From Sphagnum compactum (Eukaryota), in assembly GCA_965153455.1 (NCBI GenBank), contig OZ234494.1, positions 10,602,001 through 10,666,000 on the forward strand: a DNA stretch of 64,000 bases, read 5' to 3'. Numbering within the stretch: the first letter of the stretch is position 1; every line of letters begins with the position of its first letter. The position numbers were made by a program, and so were the translations under genes. Below, one piece after another: positions 53,950 to 64,000 of this stretch. Under the pieces are notes generated by a model. That model saw nothing but the letters and a program-made list of their open reading frames with translations, ran no database searches and had not been told where the DNA came from.

Positions 53950-56900
53950 ATGATGCAGCGGTCTAAGTCCTTGCAATCTCGTAGAGGTTGGATGTTGAAC
54001 CACCACGCGGCGGGGGCTGATATCGGTCGTCCTCTTTTCACTGACAAGCGAGCTCCCGTCACATTTGCTGAGACCGCAACGTCCTACAGTCCTGTACGTT
54101 GTGTTGCTGCTCTTCTCTCGGATCATCACTTTTTTTTTTATTGCCACAAAATAATTCCTGAAGATGTTGTTACAGAGCTTGAAACGGAGGTTTGTTCCTG
54201 TTCATGATTCTATTGTTGTGGTTGCGAAATTTCGGACGCTCAAACCGCCGCCGCCAGGTTACTGCGGATAGATGTAAATCATAGAAGAAATCGTCAACCG
54301 AGCTGCAGCAGCCTGTCCACATTGTGTAAAGCTTAGGGGCTTGCGCATCCGTTGGCAAGATGTTGCTATGTACGTTTGTGTTGCCAAATCTCCGTTGGTT
54401 ATCAGTGGATCCGTCTTCGAAAATCAGGCAATTGCGAGTCATGTTTGTCAGGAGCACAAGCAGCATCATTCTTCTTCTTCTTCTTCGTCTGCTCTTTCTG
54501 CCATAGAAATGGCTCTGTTTCTCGTCACCATTCCATGTGCTTTATGTGCCTCTCGATATTCCTCCAATGATCCTTATGATGAGCAAGCCTTGCCACATTT
54601 GTAACAACATAGGCCAATGACTGAATGATGGTGAATTTCATGTGCTTGATGTCTGATGTCCATGTGCTTGGATCACTGCCAATGTGCAGTTGACACAGAA
54701 GAAACAGGTGCTTAGAACTGAGGGCAAACAGGAAGGAGAGCAGTTGGATAACAAGCATGAGAAGGCTGCAGTTGGAGAACAGAGGCATGAGGAGGATCAC
54801 GACAGTGATCTTCCTCAGCACACAAATAATTCCCAAGCAAGACAGGTTATGTTGTGCACGTACCTAGTTGCCTCGTGGAGAATTTCTCAATACAAGTGCT
54901 CCAAAGGGTTAACTTGCAAGAATGACAGGATGATGTATGCTGGTGGTTAGAAAGCAAGATAGTTTTCAAAATTCAGGAATACTAAGGCAGACCTTGTCAG
55001 GATTTTGTTCTGCTTCTTCTCTTCTTCACCATGGCTTCGAGTTTTGCATCAGGAAGCAGTGTGTTGCCCAATTGTTGGAAGTTTGCTGAATTTTGAGTTT
55101 GATATGTACAGATGCAGACTGGGAATGAGGGGGTTGGTCATGCATCAAGAGCTTCACCAATGCCACATACTTACAACAGCTCGCAGCTTGATCACATTTT
55201 CAACCCCATGCCTCCATCAGAACCTAAGTATGCCTTTCTCCTTCATAATTTGGGTTCCTTCAAGGTTCTGATTCCCAGATTGGGAAAGACTGGAAGTTGG
55301 CCTGTCATAGAAAGATAAGAAAGTCTTTTGTTGAACCTTGAATTTGAGGTCAGGTTAGACTTTTGCCAAGACAGCAGTTTCACTGATGTGGAATGAAATT
55401 TGAATGATGTCTATTGTTGTATTCCTTTCAATTGTAGTGTTGAGTAGTTGAACTGAGCAAGTTAAGTGTTTTGGACAACACCATTGGCAGGAGGGATGAA
55501 GTGTCAAAGGGAAGAGGGAAACGGAATTATTTAAAAGAGCACCGTGTGGCTATTTCTGAGATGAGCACTTCCCTTCATGCACAGAAGCAGGTAATATCTT
55601 CTACCTTTCTCAGTTGTTGATGACAACTCCCAAAATGCATAGAGCACAACATAGCAGGGGCTGGAGAGATTCACTGTTGGTTCAAGAAGAGTTTCCAGTT
55701 CTGGACTCTAACCTTCTGCAGATCTTCATGTATAATTCTATATGGTAGGTGATACATTCCACATAAATTTGAGAGGCAAGTGTCACTGATTCTCTCCTTC
55801 TACTACATTGGACAAAGACCCCTGGTTCACCTGTTTCCCACATGAACAAAAAGACCCCATGCAGGAGCAACAAAAGACCACAGAGGAAGGAGTTCATGAA
55901 GCAACACCACGACCCTTGTCTAGAGAGTGCCCTAGACCCAGAGAGGTTAGCAATGCCTCCTTGTGGTGAAAGCATCTATGTATGGTTTTCCCAAATTGAA
56001 TATCCAAGGAGTCACCTTGTTTTTGTCAACTCATTCCATCCAATAACTACAGCAATGTTACTGAACTGCCTGGTGCTTTTGTTTTGTCTCTGTTGACTGT
56101 CATGAAATTCTGTTGATAAGCAAGCGAGAGGTACAAATTTTATTGCAAAGAACATGGAGGCCATCAAGGCTGTCATGCCACCAGAAGCTGCACCAGAACA
56201 GGACAATTCTTCTCAACACCAGAACTTTGGCAAAGTCCCACCTTAGTAAGATCAAGCTCAAAGTCTCTCAAAACTTCTGCAATACATCATTGTGCATGAA
56301 AATGAGGCTTTGAAGATTGAGTTGTAAGCTCTTTGATCAGTTCAGTCAAGAGCCTATTTTGGAAACTGCAGGAGATGACAAACTGAGCCAGGTGAGTGCA
56401 CAGGTGTAATAAAAATTCCAGTTAGATTCAAAGTTAAAATTTCATTTTTGTTGCTCAAAATGAAGAACATATACTTTGCAGCCCAGTCTGAAAATCTTGG
56501 TTTGAAAAAGGTCTCCTTCAAAGCACCTCAAACCACAAAGATGAGAAATGCACAAAATAGGAGTAAGGACCTCTGCACACCTCTTTCTTCTGCTTTAGAT
56601 TCTGTTTATAATCTGTTAGCCTCAGTCTCCAGATACTGTTGATTCATGAGGCTCACTAACTCAAACAGGTCCTTACACTGCTTTTTATTTGCCCTGCATG
56701 CATTTTGCTTGACTAGTACAATGTGTCTATTACCAGCATTGTTAAAAGGAGGAACAGACTTGCAGAATGTGCTGAAGCAAGGTGAAATATCTCTTTTCTC
56801 TCTCTGAAGGTGGCCTTTCTGTTCTGTCTCTGCTGTATTTCCATCTATTTTCCATGTTTTGTGCTTGCTGACATCTTTCTCAAGTCTGATGCTTATTCAT

Positions 56901-57346
56901 CTTATTCATTATTTTGAACAGAAGGCAAGAAGAGATAGCACGAAAGTGGCCACCAGGCCTTGTGCTAATGCCTGAGGCTGAGCGGCAAGCAGCACTTTCT
57001 TCCCTGCAAAAAGGTATCCTTGCTTTTAATCTGTTTCTGGCCTGATGATGGGTAGGAGTTGTTCAATTGTGTACTCTGAAAAGTCAGTTTGTGGTCCTTG
57101 ATTTGAGTTGTCAAAGATCAATCAAACCTTCTATACAAGCTTCAGTGTTTTCCACTGGTGGTGGAGATACCAAGTCTTGTTAAGTCCAAGTCCACAATCG
57201 AGCAGAAGCTGAGAGAAGTTGAGAATGCCATTCGGCGATTTTCACAAGCAAGTGTGTACATTGCCGCATCTAGCAAGGCAGCTTCAATTGATGACAGCGA
57301 ACAGCAAACAACTCAGAACTCCCATAGGGATTCCAGACCTCCATAA
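53950..57346 (+). CDS. Enkurin-domain protein (ENKD1/enkurin family), multi-exon
   Basis: Well-supported 3' exons 56121-56245, 56737-56781, 56922-57013 and 57117-57346 splice in frame to NFIAKNMEAIK...FGKVPPYIVKRR...WPPGLVLMPEAERQAALSSLQK...FPLVVE...KSTIEQKLREVENAIRRFSQASVYI, the enkurin domain pattern. Also likely are 55112-55227 and 55491-55590 (KRNYLKEHRVAISE). 5' exons such as 53950-54093 are less certain. Confidence 0.85.
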
Positions 57347-59989
57347 GTTGCAACAATCTGTAGCTACCCAAAGACAACAGGTGCTGTTGATGCTCCCTAA
57401 AAACATCTTTGATAAAATTGGTTTAAGCAACAGCAGTAACTAGTGACAGAACCCTCTAGCACAACTCAACTCTTCTAGAAAATGGGACACAAAGGACTAA
57501 AGAGTAATCACCTACAGCTGCTGCTATTCACAGAGTCTGAAATCGGTCTGAAATAGACCAATTGAGCTGCTCAAGAGTCAATGCCATGAGCCTGCCACTG
57601 ACTTCATCAGCTCCTGATGAAGTCAGTGTAGATTTGTATATAATAATCACCTGAAAGTATTGGGCAAACCATTATATGAACATGTGTCTTATATTTCAAT
57701 TGCATTTCTTGAAGTCATGGGAAGAATCAATCCTGCTGTGTCTGTAGAGACATAGATAATAAAAGAAGCCAAAAAGATCAGGGAGATTTTTTCTTGTGTA
57801 TGTGAAGGGCACCTTACCCATGTTCTTCAAATGCAAGGTGCCTTTCAAGTGAATCACTGCCATCCATTTGTAAAGGCAAAATTCTTTGGGTTCTTTATGC
57901 TGGGTAAGGAACTTGAATGGGGCTGTTCTTGGAATTCAGGTCCAGCACTGGGATCCTGCATCACACGGGGCCCTGATTCCCAGAACAGCCCAGTTCTCCA
58001 GCCTTACCCTGCAGAGAACTGTGTCCTCATTCAAGCTATAACAAACCTTGCAAGAGTAAGTTTCATTTCCCTTTTTAGCTTTGTCCTTGTACATAGAAGG
58101 GTTAATTAGTAACATGTATCAATAGTTGCAACACCATCTATTATAGTGCAGACCTTGACATTGAATGTGCAATGCACCAAATTCTTAAATGATTGGATGC
58201 ATGTGTCACAAGGATTCAAAAGCCATTGGAAACAAATGCTAACATATTTCATATCAGAAATAGCAGAGTTATAGTATATCCATAGGTATTCAGAGCTTTT
58301 TGTCCAAAGATTGTATTCATGCATTAGTACTTGCAGTTCAAATCTCCAAAATTATTATGAGAGGTTCAAGTTCAATCAGAGTTTTTTTATATCTATTATC
58401 CAATTTGTATAGAGGAGGTTTTCATCCCTAGGGACTTCCTGGAATGAGGTCACACCTATACAAGGGTGGTAGCCTGAGTAGACAGGGCTGAATTCCGTGA
58501 AGTGATGAGCACTTCCCCTGTGGAAACCACCTTTGAACTCCTATTTTGGCACTTTATTGATCAAATGGTTCTGATTGGGGGCACTCTTTTTCTGTGATAG
58601 ATCATTTTAGGGGTTTAGATCATGTGGGGTGGAGGGTTCTGGTTTACACTTCTGCTAGAATTGTTTCATTCTATCAGAAGCATAAACTGGAATCTTGTCA
58701 TTGGGTGTTACCTGATGTAAAGGTCACCAATACTTTAAAATGAAAAAAGTTAGAAGAGAAGGAACATTACAAAAATAGAAAATGTAAGAACTCACTTAAA
58801 AGTGTAAGAACCCACTCATAAGCAAAACAATGCCCCTGAGGAAAAATTACATTGCATACTCTAGCCTTGGCTAACTCTAAAAACAATTCTTTGCAGTCTT
58901 TATGTATTATGAAACATGCTGGGTATAGGCCATTGTGCCTGGTAAGGTGCATGTGAGGAAATTGGGCAAGTTAAAATTTCTGAAACAAGCACAATGGCTT
59001 GTACTGGACACATCCCATAATGTAATGGTCTTCACAATTTGTGCAAGGGGTGTATGGATCTTGAACAAATGGTTAGGTCAGGTAGATCCAAGAAGACTTG
59101 TCCATTGGGCTTTGTAAGTGTAGTGTAAAGCCCAAGCATCGAAGGTGTTCCTGAAAATATGGGCCCGCTTCACTACTCCCAGGCAAAATATGTTGCATGG
59201 CATAAATATTGATCTCTTCTTTACCTCTTCTTTAGTTTCTTTCTCATGTCTTTGGTGGTTTGATGGTGTTAAACAGATAGCGCTGGAAGGTGGATGAATG
59301 GTGGCAAATGGAACATGTTGGTGGCCAAGCAGGATGCAATGCTTAGTGAAACTCTAACAGAATGTTTCACCATTTGAGGAATCTGAGCATTATGCTTGCT
59401 TAGGAATAAGAACAATTTTTGTTGTAGCATGAGAACTTTGTTATATGGTTTTTTTTATTTCTCTCTCTCTCTATCTTTTTGCCATGGTCGTTACTTTCTT
59501 ACGTAACCATCATGGGTGATAAAGAACCAACAAGAAAATTGGCAAACTAACCCATTGTGTTAATTTGTTACATTGTCTTGTTCCTTCAACTACCAAGATC
59601 ATTATCATGGCTTTTTATTGGTTCCATTTAATTTCTATTTATCAAAAATAGTAAACCAATGTGAAAATGAAATAGACACTAAGATTTCATAGATTGTAGG
59701 TTTAAAAGAGCTCTCCACCCAACCATAGGATGACAAAATCTTTGAAACAATCTCATCACCCACCCCCAAGCTCAATACAAATGGAAGCATTGCAAAAGAA
59801 TTCACTTGTTTTATTGTTTCATCATCCATGTATCCTAAAACATAATTGTTACATCTATGATGAAGTGATTGCAAAAAGAATGTTGCAGAAATAATGGGCA
59901 ATGATCTCTAAATATCCAAGTAAAACATGATTCAATGGCAAGCTAGGAAAGAATTCCTTGCAGGCAAAGAATGGAATAGACCTCTACTT

Positions 59990-62295
59990 TAGAGACAACT
60001 AGGCTCTTTTTATGTGTAATTTTAGTTGCAAAGTGCACTCTTGTTGTTCCTTCATGCAACTCCTTCATCACCTTTTGAGCTTTTGTGGTTGACAGACATT
60101 ACTTCAATCTGTTGTCTTGCCCCATTTTGTACAAAACATCATTCTTCATTGTGAAAGGTTCAGCCTTCTTGGCCAACTGTTATTTTTGCCCTATTGACAA
60201 AACATCTTCCATCTATTTTGTCTGTAGAAACACTCTGACATCATTTAACCATTCTGGTTCTGTGAAAAATAAACTAGCATCTGTGGTCTGTTCTGGGATT
60301 CCTAAAGGTTTTGTGACATCAGACAATCTGGACAAAACATCTGCAACTACATGAATCTTGTCTAGTTTATAAGTTACTATGAAATCATATTCCAAAAATA
60401 ATAGTAACCACCTAGCTATTCTCCTTAAAACCTATGGTTTGTTTACAAAGTAAACTAAAGCCATATGACCTACATAAAACACAAACTTATTTCCGAACAA
60501 ATAATGCCTAAACTTATGCAATGTAAAAACCAGTGTAAAGCTTCTCTTTCTATGGTACTATAATTCTATTCTCCACTATTAAAAAGTCTGGAAGCATACA
60601 CTACTAGTTAATTAATCTTCCCTTGTGATATTTTGTGCTAGTGAAGTCCCCACAACCAACGATGTGCATCTATGTGAACATGGAACTCCACGTCCCACTT
60701 CGTGGGTACTAAAACCCGTGCTTCAATATATTTTTGCTTTATAAGCTCCCAAGCTTTTTAACACTCCTTTGTGGACATGTAAAACTTTTTGTTTTCCTTA
60801 TGAACTTCACAATTAAAACCATGATTGTTGCAAAATTCTTGATAAAACATCTGTAAAATTGTGCCATGCCATTAAACATTTGAATCTGTTGTGAATTATG
60901 TAGTAGATGCATGTTCACTATAACGCTTATATTTTTTTCAAGGATCAAGTAGCTTACCTTCCTTCAAAACAATAAATCCAAGAATGACTCTTGGAAAATA
61001 CCATAAAAGTTCATTTATTTCTATTTAAACTAATATTGTATTTTTTTCATTTCTAAAAGCATAATCTGAGCTTCTACAAATGAGATCCATGTCACTGTAG
61101 ACTATAAAATCATCTAGTATATCTTCATATGTAAGTATTCAAATATTTTCTAAATGTTTTTGTCATAGCTTTCTAAAATGTCGAAGGTCCATTTTTTACT
61201 CCAAAAGGCATCACCCTCTAGATAAACACTTCCCAATCTGTGACAAACGATGTCTTGTATCTATCTTTTGGAGCTATGCAAATATGATGACACCTAGGAT
61301 ATCCATCCAAAAATGAATATGTTTCACACCTTGCCACTATGTTTAATACCTCATCTATAAATGGTAATGGGAAAGGATCCTTCTTTGTTGTTGCATTCAA
61401 CTTCCTAGAATCCACATAGATTTTGAGCTTCCCATTTTTCTTTGGTACTACCACAATTGGTGATAGCCATGTAGCCTCTTCCAGAGGTTGTATGAAACTT
61501 GCTGCCAACAATTTACCAATAAATTGATAATTTTATTGTTGCTACATAATTCGGATTTAACCTATACCTGACATGATGTGTCAATGGTATGGTTGTATCC
61601 AGTTCAGTTTTGTGCTGAGCCAACTCTAATGGAATGCCTTTAAAATCTTTGTATGTCCATGCAAAGACATCCTTGTACTCCTTAACCAATTTTTCCAACT
61701 CCCGCATTCTCTTTAGTTATAAGTTTGAATTCACCTTCACCATATGTGGTTCTATTTGAATCCCTAAATTGAGATTCATTAACTGTTGTTTTTCTATTAA
61801 TGTCTAGCTTGCTATTTGCAACTCTTGAGCCTTGACCTTGGCTAGAGTTTCATCTATTTGAACATTCCTTAGTTGGTGTTTGTAGTGTGTTTTTAGATAC
61901 ACTTTGTCCTCTAAAGCAACTTTTGGTTCAAATCTATTTGTAGTCTTTCCCTTTATTGAAATAAATTTTGTACTACTCATGTTTACAAAATGATTCTAAA
62001 CTTTAGTACCTTTGTGGTTAGACTTTATCGTGTCTCCAGACTGAAATGTATTTGGTAGATTAATAATGCCTATGGGAAAAAAAAATGGTTTTGTAGCAAA
62101 TATGATATTTTCCTCCTCATCGGTGATACCATTCTGGTAATCGTAACATAACAACACTTTAGGTTGTTTCACATCTATTCCCACATGTTTAGTCACCACT
62201 ACAGTTCTGACCATTCCATTCCCTTGAATAATCATTGTGTTGTTCCCCCAATCATGGGCTACTTTGGCATCCCTCAACCATGGTTTCCTTAGTAA
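59990..62295 (-). mobile_element. Degenerate Ty3/gypsy pol remnant (protease end, RT, RNase H, start of integrase)
   Basis: LLRKPWLRDAKVAHDWG; EYKDVFAW; WLSPIVVVPKKNGKL...RKLNATTKKDPFPLPFIDEVL...YSFLDGY; FNGMAQFYRCFIKNFA; EYDFIVTYK...HVVADVLSRL; KELHEG. Domain order is PR-RT-RH-IN, with frameshifts. Confidence 0.9.
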
Positions 62296-63439
62296 TGCAA
62301 TCATTGTGTGAGCACGTGAACATGAATGATGAGCTTGTGAATAGTGAGCAGTAAGCACATGAGCATAAATTTTGTGAGCAACACAAAGTTTTTAAAAAAT
62401 ATTCTTGCCAAGTAGGCCAAATATTCTCCACGTAAACAAAAATATTTTGTCCATGTGGATAGAATATTTGATTAATGTGGTAAGAATATTTTTTGAATGA
62501 TATAAAATATTCATCCAAATATACAAAACTAAATTATTAATGAACTTTTAACTTAGTTTGGTAATTAATTTCTATTTAATGGTGAAACATCATTCATGCG
62601 AAGCAAAATGTTGAATGAATAAATGTTTATAAAACCTTATATAACATTATTTGCAAGTTCTACTCTAAAAGCCAAACATAGCATCATCACAAGCGCTAAA
62701 ATTGACAATGTTCATTGTATTTATTTTTCAGAACAATTTAGAAGTGTACTCCTACCTACACAATAGCTATATTGCAGGACAACAAGCGACAAACTTCATC
62801 ACAATTCAAAGTTGGAAAGTGGATGAAACTTTTGAACTACCCACAATACATAACATGCTACAAAACATAGTACATGTGTTTATAGGGCACCCACTTCACT
62901 CACCAACCTAACGAACTGGACATCATTGCTACAAAATCCAAACAAGTGCAAGCTGAAAAATTCCTTATTTTAACTTCATATTGCTTCTTGTTTGGATTTT
63001 GGCCAAATAAAATCTTATAAATTCATTTATATCTAGGAGGGGGAACCTCCAATGGTGGGTTTATAATCATTTCAAGAAGTTAATTAGCCTCCCACCAATT
63101 ATAGTGTAAATTTGATATCTTGAATGGCACTATACAACGAACAGCCTTACCATTACGTGATGTTGGCCACGACATTTCATCCATTGGCCTATTTATAGGA
63201 ATGGAGCTTCCCCCTTCGAATAAACTTTAAGGAAAGATTGGTTGTCATTTATTTAGAACAAAACCTGCTTCCTCAAGAGACTTGATTTCATCTTGGACGA
63301 GCCAAATTTGATCTGTCCAATGCATATTTGCACTTCATACCACCAATGCAACGATTCTATCATTTGCATAGAATTAGAAATTGTGTAGCTTTAAAAGTGC
63401 ACCAGGGAACTAAGCCCACAGCCTTGAGTAAGTCAGGGC

Positions 63440-64000
63440 AGGGACACCAATAGAAGTTGGCTTAGCAATTATCCTTATAACACAAGAATGATTGGTGGAT
63501 TTTTGTAATGTGAAACATTAAACATGCGACATATAGGGCATCTTTCTATATGCCAAACTCCATCTCCACATGGAGCTTCAAGGACCTCAACATCTCCTTG
63601 AATTTGATCCACCCCAAGTTTTTCGATTTCCACACCTAATCTGGCAATTGTATGGTTTACATGAGGATGAGAAAAATTCACATGGTTGTGCCTATGAGAA
63701 TCCCTTTGATCTAGGGGCTAGGTTCACCTTCCATTTATAGGAACCAAAGATCTCCTCAACTCCCATGTGTGCGGTTCTAGTTGTGCAAGCCAATCCTAGG
63801 GAATATTTCAACCCATTTAAAATCTTGTTGGTGATGTTCTTACTCACTATTGGTACGAGGTGCAATGCAATTTTTTTGAATATGTGAGAAAATAAGTAAA
63901 AAGACATAGTTGCTAGTGCCCTTTTATGAACTTGTGATATTCCAAATACAAATATCCTATTACACCTAGACAAAGAGGACATTGCATTTGTGGCATCCAC
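63440..64000 (-). mobile_element. Possible degenerate DNA-transposon coding remnant, family undetermined
   Basis: Consecutive broken ORFs (GLACTTRTAHMGVEEIFGSYKWK; NFSHP...WHIERCP) within a repeat-rich region, with no splice structure. Confidence 0.3.

Noticed and set aside
53445..54062. 205-aa minus-strand ORF
   Set aside because: It is antisense to the promoter, 5'UTR and first exon of the enkurin gene, is driven by CT/GA repeats, and has no recognisable domain.
57614..57656. CTGATGA...GAAA as a hammerhead ribozyme core or C/D snoRNA
   Set aside because: No credible stems I-III can be formed, CTGATGA is locked in the perfect hairpin, and the C-to-D distance (~40 nt) is too short for a snoRNA.
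58502..58574. GTGATGA...CTGA C/D-box snoRNA candidate
   Set aside because: Weak terminal stem and no rRNA-complementary guide that I can recognise; such box pairs occur by chance.

Overview
AT-rich eukaryotic land-plant nuclear DNA. It is probably a bryophyte (Sphagnum-like), inferred from the repeat style and a flagellum-associated gene; this is not verified. Five protein-coding loci could be reconstructed by hand with GT-AG introns and consistent phases: (1) a 13-exon plastid DXR on the minus strand, (2) an intronless organellar phenylalanyl-tRNA synthetase, (3) a two-exon low-complexity gene with a DUF688-like PFxWExxPGxPK motif, (4) a 9-exon MAD1-like gene that appears to encode only the C-terminal ~380 aa, and (5) a multi-exon Enkurin-domain (ENKD1-like) gene. 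The intergenic DNA is mostly decayed mobile elements: a CRE/R2-type (restriction-like endonuclease) non-LTR retrotransposon, a clean solo LTR with a TCTCT target-site duplication, Ty3/gypsy pol remnants, a MULE transposase remnant, TA-flanked MITEs, a foldback-like structure and several tandem arrays. I found no CRISPR array, rRNA or intact tRNA. The most interesting leads are the apparently half-length MAD1, the early-branching RLE retrotransposon next to it, and the intronless PheRS. All family assignments come from motif recognition; no searches were run.
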